From assembly GCA_900317595.1 (NCBI GenBank), contig ONHJ01000002.1, positions 1 to 37,772 on the forward strand: 37,772 nucleotides of DNA, written 5' to 3'. Positions 10,471-18,507 of this stretch are shown here, piece by piece. Numbering within the stretch: the first letter of the stretch is position 1; each line of letters opens with the position of its first letter. The notes beneath the pieces were generated by a model. That model searched no databases, had not been told where the DNA came from, and saw only the letters and a program-made list of their open reading frames with translations. Source of the DNA: an uncultured Eubacteriales bacterium. Lineage in GTDB: Bacteria; Bacillota; Clostridia; Oscillospirales; Acutalibacteraceae. The position numbers were made by a program, and so were the translations under genes.

Positions 10471-10531
10471 AAAAACTAAATGGTTATAAGAAATAAACCG
10501 GTCTTTGGGAGAGGCGGTTTATTTCTTTTTT
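10438..10531 (+). ncRNA. Putative antisense antitoxin sRNA of a type I TA module
   Basis: Consensus promoter, no ORF, ends in hairpin aagaaataaaccg...cggtttatttctt plus T-run that overlaps the 3' end of the opposite-strand peptide ORF. Confidence 0.65.
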
Positions 10532-10593
10532 ATTGCAAGAACGGTGTAGAAAATAACGACTAAAACAATTATCAGGGTTATTAGGTATTCCAT
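10519..10593 (-). CDS. Putative type I toxin, 24-aa single-TM peptide MEYLITLIIVLVVIFYTVLAIKKK
   Basis: Hand-translated; SD GGAAGGGGG upstream; own promoter; hydrophobic core with poly-Lys tail; absent from the ORF track (too short). Confidence 0.75.
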   Translation of the reverse strand: MEYLITLIIVLVVIFYTVLAIKKK

Positions 10594-10659
10594 TCGCAAC
10601 GCCCCCTTCCGAGGGCAAAGAGTAGCCGCCTACCGTTGTGGTACGCCTTATCCGACACT

Positions 10660-10688
10660 ATTATACAAAAAGCGGTTCTTTTTGTCAA
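10660..10688 (-). promoter_or_regulatory. Consensus sigma-A promoter for the small peptide gene
   Basis: Minus strand TTGACA-N17-TATAAT. Confidence 0.85.
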
Positions 10689-10706
10689 TAAAATTCTTTT
10701 TATGAA

Positions 10707-10794
10707 AAAACAAGCCCGCAGGCGGACTTGACAATTTCGCGGAATGTGCTATAATAAAAACAGATAAGGCGAACCGATAAGCGGCTTGCCCTCA
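10707..10794 (+). repeat. 88-bp exact direct repeat, copy 2 (promoter now facing ribU)
   Basis: Identical to 10383-10470; TTGACA 10728 and TATAAT 10750. Confidence 0.95.
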
Positions 10795-10832
10795 TTCAGG
10801 CACCGACGGTCAAAGTCCGGATGAAAGAAGAC
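10795..10832 (+). promoter_or_regulatory. FMN riboswitch, 3' remnant only
   Basis: TTCAGGCACCGACGGTCAAAGTCCGGATGAAAGAAGAC matches the 3' end of the RFN element; the 5' GGGC-GGTGAAATTCC-ACCGG part is absent. Confidence 0.8.
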
Positions 10833-10867
10833 CGCGTGTGCCGTTTCGGCATTATGTCCGCGTTATC

Positions 10868-10895
10868 GCCCCGCTGTTTTTCAGCGGGGCTTTTT
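10868..10895 (+). terminator. Intrinsic terminator in the ribU leader
   Basis: gccccgctg-ttttt-cagcggggc followed by TTTTT. Confidence 0.8.
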
Positions 10896-10935
10896 CCGTT
10901 TTCAGCCTTTTATTATCTCAAAGGAGCTGTTTTAT

Positions 10936-11607
10936 ATGACAAAACAAAAGACGTCCGAAAGAATCAAAATGCTAAGTATTATGGCTATGCTTACCGCGCT
11001 TGCCGTGGTGGCGGATTATTATTTACGGATACCGAACATTGGCGGTTTCCTGACTTATGAACCTAAGGATGTAATAATTTCTATTGCCGCTTTTATTTAT
11101 AATCCGATTGCGGGATTGATTATTTCGCTTGTAACCTGTTTGGCGGAAATCCCGATAAGTAAAACGGGACCGATCGGCTTACTGATGAATTTCCTTTCCT
11201 CGGCAACATTTGTGGGGGTGGCTTCGGTTATCTACTACCGCAAAAAGACGATATTGCGCGCGGTGATAGGTTTGATCGCAGGCTCACTCGCGATGGTAGC
11301 TGTTATGTTGCTGTGGAACTACATTATGACCCCTATATATATGGGTGTTTCACGCGAGTTGGTCGTCGGAATGATGCCCACTTTGCTTTTGCCTTTCAAC
11401 GCAATAAAAGCGGGACTAAACTCCGCTTTGGTGCTGCTGATCTATAAGCCGCTGGTGACTGCGCTGCGCAAGTCAAAGCTTATACCGATCCGCGACAGCA
11501 ACGACAATGAAAACAAGCGGCTGAACACCATCATAGTAGCCGTGGTCTCTGCTTTGGCGGTGGCGACAATGATACTCGTTTTGCTGATTTTCGCTAAAAT
11601 CATCTGA
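10936..11607 (+). CDS. ribU: ECF transporter S component, probably riboflavin
   Basis: AMLTALAVV, LTYEPKDV, TGPIGLLMN and LPFNAIKAG motifs; FMN riboswitch remnant upstream. Confidence 0.8.
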   Translation: MTKQKTSERIKMLSIMAMLTALAVVADYYLRIPNIGGFLTYEPKDVIISIAAFIYNPIAGLIISLVTCLAEIPISKTGPIGLLMNFLSSATFVGVASVIYYRKKTILRAVIGLIAGSLAMVAVMLLWNYIMTPIYMGVSRELVVGMMPTLLLPFNAIKAGLNSALVLLIYKPLVTALRKSKLIPIRDSNDNENKRLNTIIVAVVSALAVATMILVLLIFAKII

Positions 11608-11612
11608 GTGTC

Positions 11613-11640
11613 TTGACAAAATCCCATAACGTGATATAAT
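11613..11640 (+). promoter_or_regulatory. Sigma-A promoter of the folT leader
   Basis: TTGACA-N16-TATAAT. Confidence 0.7.
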
Positions 11641-11657
11641 AGGCACAATATGATTTC

Positions 11658-11761
11658 ACAGAGTAGAGGCTGACGCGTTACAGTGTCCTGCGGACGGGGA
11701 GTTGCTGCGGGAACGAAGGGTGTTTTGTTCTGTCCGCGATGTCTGCCTCGCATCCCGCTGT
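11658..11761 (+). promoter_or_regulatory. THF riboswitch
   Basis: CAGAGTAG...GCGTTA-AGTGT...GACGGGGAGTTGC...ACGAA...GCGAT...CGCATCCCGCTG consensus upstream of a folate S-component. Confidence 0.9.
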
Positions 11762-11779
11762 TTTTTTGAAGAGATTTTT

Positions 11780-11808
11780 AAGGCGGGCGTTTGCCCGTCT
11801 TTTCTTTT
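11780..11808 (+). terminator. THF riboswitch terminator
   Basis: ggcgggc-gttt-gcccgtc followed by T-tract. Confidence 0.7.
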
Positions 11809-11840
11809 CAAAGCGACCTCTGTGACGAGGAGGAATACTT

Positions 11841-12404
11841 TTGTCACCTTTAAAAGCATTTGCGGAGTCTTTGAGAGAGCTCAGAAGGCTGCGTTCACTA
11901 ACGGTGATCGCAATGCTGCTGGCGCTGCGCGTGGTACTCGGAATGTTCGCCAACGCCACGCTGCCGATATTCGGCAACGCCGTAAAGATCAGCGGCGCGT
12001 TTTTGCCGATCGCTGTGGCGGGCGCTATGTTCGGACCCGTACCGGCGCTGCTGATAGGAGCGCTCGGCGATGTTATCTCGTTTTTGCTGGCGCCTACCGG
12101 CACCTATTTCCCGGGCTTTACGATCAGCGGCGCGCTCACGGGCGCGATCTACGGCTTTATTCTCTATAAAAACCGGATAACGCTGCCGCGCGTGATAATT
12201 GCGTGGGCGCTGAACACCTTGCTGGTCGAGACCTTTCTCGCCGCGTATTGGCTGTTCCTGCTTTACAGCGCCAGCGTCGGAAAAGCCTATAACGCATGGC
12301 TGATTTCGCGCCTGATAAGCCAGGCGATCAAATGCGTTCCCGAAATATTGATAATTTTCGGCGCGGGCAGATTGATTTGCGCCGCCGAAAAACGGCTTGC
12401 ATAA
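11841..12404 (+). CDS. folT: Folate-family ECF transporter S component
   Basis: AMLLAL, FLPIAVAGAMFGP and YFPGFTISGAL; TTG start after AGGAGG; THF riboswitch upstream. Confidence 0.9.
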   Translation: MSPLKAFAESLRELRRLRSLTVIAMLLALRVVLGMFANATLPIFGNAVKISGAFLPIAVAGAMFGPVPALLIGALGDVISFLLAPTGTYFPGFTISGALTGAIYGFILYKNRITLPRVIIAWALNTLLVETFLAAYWLFLLYSASVGKAYNAWLISRLISQAIKCVPEILIIFGAGRLICAAEKRLA

Positions 12405-12405
12405 T

Positions 12406-12444
12406 AAAAACCGGCAGAGAGACGTGTTTTCTCTGCCGGTTTTT
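12406..12444. terminator. Bidirectional intrinsic terminator
   Basis: aaaaaccggcagaga...tctctgccggttttt between convergent transcription units. Confidence 0.85.
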
Positions 12445-12462
12445 GAAATTAATGCTGTTAAC

Positions 12463-12515
12463 TTAAGCAAATCGCAAGGCGATTTGCAGGAGCGACGAGG
12501 GCGTCGCTCCCTACA
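12463..12515. repeat. Family A palindrome followed by a GTAG-type REP-like hairpin
   Basis: ttaagcaaatcgcaaggcgatttgc then ggagcgac-gagggc-gtcgctcc-ctac. Confidence 0.6.
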
Positions 12516-12652
12516 ATCATTTTGAAACGGCGTGTTTCGCTAACCGTGGCAACGGCATGTTTTGCCAACCGCGGCAGCGGTGACCCGCCGTTGCAGAAGG
12601 TTTCCGAAAAGGAGAAGCTTTCCAAAGGCGGCTCTGCCCACCGCGGTCGCGG

Positions 12653-13510
12653 TCAGTCGCGGCCGTGACCGGCTATGGTGATGATGAGGTCGAGCACCTT
12701 GAGGTAGATCCAAAGCACGGTGAACGCCAGTCCGAACGCCGCCTGCCACTCATACTTCTTGGGCAGCTTGTTGGTGACAACATGATCGATGGTGTCAAAA
12801 TCGCAGATCAGGAACAGCGCCGCGATTATGATAAAGATCACGCCCGAGATCACCGAAAGTGCGAAATTGTGCTGCATAGCCACGATCATCGGTCTGGTGA
12901 AGGGAATGAAATAGCCGATGAAGCTGAACAGCGAGGCGGCTATGACCGTGATAAAGAGGGTCGTGATAACCATTTTGAATTTTTTGGTGACGCGGATTAT
13001 GCCCTTCGCGTAAAGGAGCGACATGGTGAGCACGATCAAAACCGTTATCATCAGCGCCATGGCGCCCAGATATTCCAGGTCGTAGGCGCCCAGCACCTTG
13101 AACACCAAAAACGAGATAAAATAGCCCTGAGTGACGGAATAGAGCGCGCCGGTCACGGGCGTGGTTGCGCTCGCGAAGAACGCTAAAAGCTGAAAAACGA
13201 TCGCGGCGATCACAACGCCGATCAGCACGATCGCCTCGGTGCTGTAGAGCGGCACCTTGAAGCCCTCATAGTTGATGTCGATGCGGCTGCCGGTCGAGAG
13301 ATAGCTTTCGGCGATACGCTGCACGAAGATGCCGACTATGCTGAACAGCAGAAAATAGATGGTTTTTACGGTGATGCCGTTAAAGGTCGCGGCGTTTTCA
13401 TACGCCTGCTCGTCCACCTTGTCCAGCCTGTGCATAATGGGGTTGGACGAAAGGATGGAGCGCTTTGTTTTGGTTTTTGCGGTCGGTTGTTGACCGAGTT
13501 GGTTGCTCAT
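12653..13510 (-). CDS. Bax inhibitor-1/YccA-family membrane protein
   Basis: SSNP, ATFNGITVKT, about 7 TM, DFDTID and PKKYEWQAAFGLAFTVLWIYLKVL. Confidence 0.85.
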   Translation of the reverse strand: MSNQLGQQPTAKTKTKRSILSSNPIMHRLDKVDEQAYENAATFNGITVKTIYFLLFSIVGIFVQRIAESYLSTGSRIDINYEGFKVPLYSTEAIVLIGVVIAAIVFQLLAFFASATTPVTGALYSVTQGYFISFLVFKVLGAYDLEYLGAMALMITVLIVLTMSLLYAKGIIRVTKKFKMVITTLFITVIAASLFSFIGYFIPFTRPMIVAMQHNFALSVISGVIFIIIAALFLICDFDTIDHVVTNKLPKKYEWQAAFGLAFTVLWIYLKVLDLIITIAGHGRD

Positions 13511-13528
13511 ATAAAAACTCCTTTCAAA

Positions 13529-15196
13529 TCATTTGCGCTTCAACGCCTTGGCGGTCAGCAGCACGGCTCCGGTGATGCCGGCGGTCAGCGCAACGCTGAT
13601 GCCAACCGCTTTTCTGACGAATGGCACGTTGTAGTCGAGTGTCGCGTAAGACGGGTTTATCATGTGGCGAAGCAGCGGGAACAGCAGCAGCCTGCGCTCG
13701 TTGAGAACGTCATATTCCATGTGCGGCTTGTCGGAAAGCACCATTGTGCCGCGCGCCTGCTCGTCATACAGCTCCCACTCCAGGCTGTCCGCAGAGGGGT
13801 CGCCGGTGCGGGCAAAATTCGTCCAAAGCCGCATAACGGTGTCGGAAAGCGTTTCGTCTGCCGGGTCGCCGGTGTAGATGGTTTCCTCAAGGTTGCCGAA
13901 CACATAGGCAAGCTCCACGGCATGGCAAGCCTTTCTCAGAGGCAGAGCCGACGGCACCGTCCAGTAATACATAAATGTCCTGCCGCCGCTGCGAGCGTGC
14001 GCCTGAGCCTGCGCCACAGCGGGCAGACGGAACATCATTTCGTTGTAGAACGCCGTCATTTTCCACATGCTGTGGCCTTTCATGCGCGACATGAACTGCT
14101 TTACGCGCTTTTTGTCCTCAGGCGGAAGCACCCGCATATCGTTCTCGAACTTGACCGGGATACTGAAACGGTACGGCACCAGCCCGCCGATCTCGCCTAT
14201 CCAGTAGTTCATTTCGTTGGCGTTGGTGCCGATCAAAAGATCGACGTCCGCCGTTTCGCCGTTTTCGTACGGCGCATAGGGGTTTTCGGGTATCAGCCTG
14301 CCGTCGCGCTGCGGAAAGTTGTTGAAGAGGTTGAGCTTTTTGTTGACAGCCATCAGCTCGTCCTCGCTCATGCCAAGCAGGTCGTCCATTTTGGACGCTT
14401 TGGTCTCGCGCATGAGCCGTCGGGTGAAGTCGCGGCACTCGTCCTTGGAAAAGGTCAGCGCCACCGAGCCGCTCTCGGCGATAACGCGCCTGAACAGCCC
14501 CTTTGCCTGCGGTATCACCGGCAGCAGCGACACGCTGCCGCCGCCGGCGGATTCGCCGAACACGGTGACATTGCCGGGGTCGCCGCCGAAGGCAGAGATG
14601 TTTTTCTGCACCCAGCGCAGGGCTTCGATCTGGTCGAGCAGCCCGAGGTTGGGCGCGTCGGGATAATCCTCGCCGCCCTCAAGATAAGAGAGGTCGACAA
14701 AGCCCATCAGCCCGGTGCGGTAGCCCACGGTGACAAGGATTATGTCGGAGTGCTTGCTTACAAGATTCCTGCCGTCATACATCGGGTCGGCGGTGCCGCC
14801 CCAGCCGTAGGAGCCGCCGTGAAGGAAGACCATCACGGGCTTGTTTTCGGTTTCGTCCGAGAGGTTTTTCCATACGTTCAGATACAGGCAGTCCTCGCCC
14901 TGAGGGTAATAGGACGCCTGCTCGGTCGGCCACGCCGTCTGTATCGGCGATTTGCCGTTAAAGTACGCTTCCCGCACAGCGTCGCTGTCCGGAGCCGGAA
15001 CCGGCGCCTTCCAGCGCAGCTCGCCGACGGGAGGCTTAGCGAAGGGTATGCCGCGAAAGGCGGCTACGTCGCCCGCTTTTGCGCCCACGAAAACGCCGTT
15101 GGCGCATTTTGCCGAGAGCCGAGGGTCAAATTCGCCGTTGATCTCCCGGTTTTCGCCGTAGCTGTCGCGGATCCTGCGAATCGTTTCTTCCGTCAT
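13529..15196 (-). CDS. Type-B carboxylesterase with C-terminal hydrophobic anchor
   Basis: FRGIPFAKPPVGELRW, EDCLYLNVW, HGGSY, GESAGG (Ser), GTNANE (Glu) and ACHAVEL (His). Confidence 0.93.
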   Translation of the reverse strand: MTEETIRRIRDSYGENREINGEFDPRLSAKCANGVFVGAKAGDVAAFRGIPFAKPPVGELRWKAPVPAPDSDAVREAYFNGKSPIQTAWPTEQASYYPQGEDCLYLNVWKNLSDETENKPVMVFLHGGSYGWGGTADPMYDGRNLVSKHSDIILVTVGYRTGLMGFVDLSYLEGGEDYPDAPNLGLLDQIEALRWVQKNISAFGGDPGNVTVFGESAGGGSVSLLPVIPQAKGLFRRVIAESGSVALTFSKDECRDFTRRLMRETKASKMDDLLGMSEDELMAVNKKLNLFNNFPQRDGRLIPENPYAPYENGETADVDLLIGTNANEMNYWIGEIGGLVPYRFSIPVKFENDMRVLPPEDKKRVKQFMSRMKGHSMWKMTAFYNEMMFRLPAVAQAQAHARSGGRTFMYYWTVPSALPLRKACHAVELAYVFGNLEETIYTGDPADETLSDTVMRLWTNFARTGDPSADSLEWELYDEQARGTMVLSDKPHMEYDVLNERRLLLFPLLRHMINPSYATLDYNVPFVRKAVGISVALTAGITGAVLLTAKALKRK

Positions 15197-18180
15197 TTCT
15201 TTCTCCTGAAAATACCTTTCACTGTTTCAAAGAAGTTCTTTTTGCTGTTGTATTTTTTGCGCAGCTCACCGACGGTCACATCGGTCTGCGAGTTATGGGT
15301 CACCAAGCCCTGCGCCGTGCGCACAAAAACATCCTTGAAGGATTCCATGCTGGCGTCTTTGTAGCGGCTGGCGGCGTAGTCGATCATCAGCACCAGACCG
15401 TCGGCGCCGTCGAGTATCTCCATGTCGAGCACGGTCTGCGAAGCCGCCTGATTCTGGCGGATGTCTACTGTCTCGACGTCCATGCCCTCAAAGCCGCCCA
15501 TATCGCGGATATCCTGCTGATAGAGCAGATATGCCGCCTCGTTTCCGCCTGCCTGATTGTGGATGTCAACATAGGGGTAGCAGCAGTGCTCGATTCCCTT
15601 CTGCACCTGCTCGTGTACGTCGGCAAACAGTTCGCGCAGGGTGGTTTCGTCCTTCAGCCTCACGCCGACGGGCAGGTCGCGGAACAGCAGACCGACCGAA
15701 TTCATCGCGAGCATATCCTCTCTGCCGTTGTATATCCATGAAAGGCGGATATCGTTTTCGCCGTTGTAGATCGAGATGGCGAGTGCCGCCACGGCGATGA
15801 AGAACTCGTTGCGGCTGATGCGGTAGTGCCGCTCCATCGCCTTCATCTGCGGCTGCTCGATGCCGAGCGGCGCGAACAGCTCGCCCGTTTCGTTCTCGCG
15901 CGATTCGTGATCGGGCTTGGGATAGCTCGACCACTCAACGCCGTCAAACTTCTCCTCGAAATAGCGGCGGCTCTCCTCATAAAAGGCGGTTTTGATCTCG
16001 TCCTCACGGTTTTGAAGGATCAGATAATAGAGGTCGGGCTCGGGCTGCACGCCCATATACGCCTTGCCCACGTTGTTCATAAAGACCTTCAGCGAGGTGC
16101 CGTCAAAGATCGTGTGATGCACGTCGAAGAAGATATAGCCGTATTTTTCGGTCTCGAACACGCGGCAGCGGTGCAGACAGCCGCCGATGATCTTGAACGG
16201 CTGCACAAGGTTGTCCTTGATGTTGGCAAACTCGAATTCGCTGAGCCTTTCCACCTGAAAATCGCGCAGCACCTCGGGTGTGTAGCGCTGAACGATCTCG
16301 CCGTCGTCGTTGAAGCGGAAGGTGGTCAGCAGCGCTGGATGATTGCGGATAGCGGTGTGCATGGCGTCTGCCATCTTCTGCATATCAAACATTTCCCTGT
16401 CCAGCTTCATCATCGTGAACAGGTTGTACATCGTCGATTTCGGCGTGTAGAGCTGATAGTCGACCATGTAGAGCTGCTCCGCGGTCAGCGGATGGTCGGT
16501 TTTCATGGCGCGCGCGTTTTTTATTTCGGGCGCTTCGCCGTCGTCGTTTTTGTGGTTTGCCTCATACAGCTCCGCGATCCTGCGCGGTGTTCTTCCGCGG
16601 AAGATCTCGCCGGCGTTGAGCCCCGGCAGACCGCTTTCCGTGATTACGCGGATCGAGCCGAGCGAGTCGCCGCCGAGGGCGTAGAAGTCGTCGTTGATGC
16701 CGATCTGCTCCAGCTTGAGCACCGCCGCCATGGCGTCGCAGAGCTTTTGCTCGGTCTCGGTCTCGGGAGCGGCGTAGTCTGTTTTGAAATCGGAGGCGTC
16801 GGGCTTTGGCAGCGCCGCTCTGTCCATTTTGCCGTTGGGCTTGAGCGGCACCTTGTCGATTTTGATGTAGTAGGCGGGTATCATGTAGTAGGGCAGGCGC
16901 TTTGAAAGCTCCTCGCGCATCTTGCCCGCGTCGGGCTGCACGTCGGCGGTGTAGTAGGCGCAGAGATAGCTTTTGCCGTTTTCCTCAAAGCCGCGCGCCG
17001 CCGCCCAGTCGATGCCGAGCACCTGCTTCACGGACGCCTCGATCTCTGCGGGCTCGATGCGGTTGCCGTTGATCTTTATCATGTCGCCGGAGCGTCCGAG
17101 CAGCACATAATTGCCGTTTTCGTCGCGGCGCGCGAGGTCGCCCGTGTGATAGACCCCGTCCCGGAACGCCTTTGCGGTCTCCTCGGGAAGGTTGATATAG
17201 CCGCGCACAAAGGGATTCTCAAAGCACAGCTCGCCGATCTCGCCATCACCCGCTTCGGTGCCGTCCTCGGCGATCAGGGTGATCTTGCAGTCGATCTCGG
17301 GTTTGCCGATGGGGCAGGTCTCGTATGGCTTGTCGATTTGGAAAACGCCGACCGCAAAGCCGCTCTCGCTGGCGGCGTAGATGTTGATAAGGTCGAGGCT
17401 CTTGTTATAGATATTGTTAGCGGGCTCACTGCCGACAAACAGCATACGCAGGAAGGGGCCTGTCTGATTGCCGAGCATACGCACATAGGAGGGCGTGAGG
17501 AAGGTGATGGTTATGCGCTTTTCGATAAAGAACATTTTCAGCGCCATCGGGTTTTTGATCGTGGCGTAGCTGACCACATACAGCTTTGCGCCGCTGTAGC
17601 TCAACTGCTTTAGGATGACTATGACCGAGGCGACGAAGTTCATCGGCGCCAGCAGCGCCACGCGCTCCTTGTTGGTGAAGGGATTTTCGCCGTTGATGCG
17701 CACCGACTCGATTGCCCTTGTCAGGTTGCCCACCTCGTGAAGCACGCCCTTGGGGTTGCCTGTGGTGCCGGAGGTGTAGATAGCGTAGGCGGCGTCGTGC
17801 TCGTCCGCCTGAACAAAGCCGTTTTGGGGAGCGGTCGCCATCACGTCCTCCCAGTTCGCGGCGGAAAGCTCGGCCTTGCAGCCGCAGTCGCGGCGGATGT
17901 AGTCGATGCGCTCGGGCGCGTAGGTGTCCTCCACCAGCGCCCACGCCGCGCCCGCCTTCCAAACGCCGATCATGGCGATAACGGGCATGATGCCGCGCGG
18001 CAGGTTGATAAGCACAAAATCCTCTTTCCCGATGCCCTTTTCGGCGAGATAGGCGTAAACGCGCCCGCTCAGGTCGTCGAGCTTGGCGTAGGTGACGCCC
18101 TTGGAATGTGCCTCGTCAAAGAGAACGGCGGTGCTTGGGCTTTCCTGCGCGTATTGCGCCAAAAGCTGCAGTATACCCAT
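15193..18180 (-). CDS. Stand-alone NRPS-like protein, adenylation-thiolation-condensation (A-T-C)
   Basis: A3 YTSGTTGNPKG, A7 YHTGDL, A8 GRSGDMIKINGNRIEPAEIE, A10 NGKMDR; T FYALGGDSL; C HHTIFDG; no TE or R domain. Confidence 0.93.
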   Translation of the reverse strand: MGILQLLAQYAQESPSTAVLFDEAHSKGVTYAKLDDLSGRVYAYLAEKGIGKEDFVLINLPRGIMPVIAMIGVWKAGAAWALVEDTYAPERIDYIRRDCGCKAELSAANWEDVMATAPQNGFVQADEHDAAYAIYTSGTTGNPKGVLHEVGNLTRAIESVRINGENPFTNKERVALLAPMNFVASVIVILKQLSYSGAKLYVVSYATIKNPMALKMFFIEKRITITFLTPSYVRMLGNQTGPFLRMLFVGSEPANNIYNKSLDLINIYAASESGFAVGVFQIDKPYETCPIGKPEIDCKITLIAEDGTEAGDGEIGELCFENPFVRGYINLPEETAKAFRDGVYHTGDLARRDENGNYVLLGRSGDMIKINGNRIEPAEIEASVKQVLGIDWAAARGFEENGKSYLCAYYTADVQPDAGKMREELSKRLPYYMIPAYYIKIDKVPLKPNGKMDRAALPKPDASDFKTDYAAPETETEQKLCDAMAAVLKLEQIGINDDFYALGGDSLGSIRVITESGLPGLNAGEIFRGRTPRRIAELYEANHKNDDGEAPEIKNARAMKTDHPLTAEQLYMVDYQLYTPKSTMYNLFTMMKLDREMFDMQKMADAMHTAIRNHPALLTTFRFNDDGEIVQRYTPEVLRDFQVERLSEFEFANIKDNLVQPFKIIGGCLHRCRVFETEKYGYIFFDVHHTIFDGTSLKVFMNNVGKAYMGVQPEPDLYYLILQNREDEIKTAFYEESRRYFEEKFDGVEWSSYPKPDHESRENETGELFAPLGIEQPQMKAMERHYRISRNEFFIAVAALAISIYNGENDIRLSWIYNGREDMLAMNSVGLLFRDLPVGVRLKDETTLRELFADVHEQVQKGIEHCCYPYVDIHNQAGGNEAAYLLYQQDIRDMGGFEGMDVETVDIRQNQAASQTVLDMEILDGADGLVLMIDYAASRYKDASMESFKDVFVRTAQGLVTHNSQTDVTVGELRKKYNSKKNFFETVKGIFRRKK

Positions 18181-18182
18181 GG

Positions 18183-18488
18183 TTATTCACCCTTTTCGTA
18201 GGTAAGGATCTCGTCGAAGCCGGTCACCTCAAACACGTCGTTCACAACGTCGTTGACGTGCAGCAGCTTCATTTCGCCCTGCGTCATCATTTTCTTTTGC
18301 AGGGAAAGCAGCACGCGCAGACCCGCCGACGACACATAATTCACGTCCTTGAAGTCGAGGATAAGGGAGGTTACGCCGTCGAGCTGCGGCTTTACCTCAG
18401 CCTCAAGCTCGGGAGCGGTGGCGGTGTCGACGCGGCCGCTGACAATCACGTTGAGAGTGGTTCCGTTCTTTTTGGTTTTCAGATTCAT
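18183..18488 (-). CDS. STAS-domain anti-sigma-factor antagonist (RsbV/SpoIIAA-like)
   Basis: GRVDTATAPEL, LDFKDVNYVSSAGLRVL with phospho-acceptor Ser, VFEVTGF. Confidence 0.93.
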   Translation of the reverse strand: MNLKTKKNGTTLNVIVSGRVDTATAPELEAEVKPQLDGVTSLILDFKDVNYVSSAGLRVLLSLQKKMMTQGEMKLLHVNDVVNDVFEVTGFDEILTYEKGE

Positions 18489-18507
18489 TTTGCATACTCC
18501 TTTTATT

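Noticed and set aside
10383-10794. Direct repeats as a CRISPR array or IS ends
   Set aside because: Only two 88-bp copies, each containing a promoter; no cas or transposase gene
10821-11060. 79-aa ORF upstream of and overlapping ribU
   Set aside because: Starts inside the FMN remnant and runs through the terminator, out of frame with ribU
13430-15364. 644-aa plus-strand ORF
   Set aside because: Antisense shadow of the carboxylesterase; no motifs, typical of GC-rich codon bias
15826-16905. 359-aa plus-strand ORF and other ORFs opposite the NRPS
   Set aside because: Antisense shadows of a clearly identifiable gene
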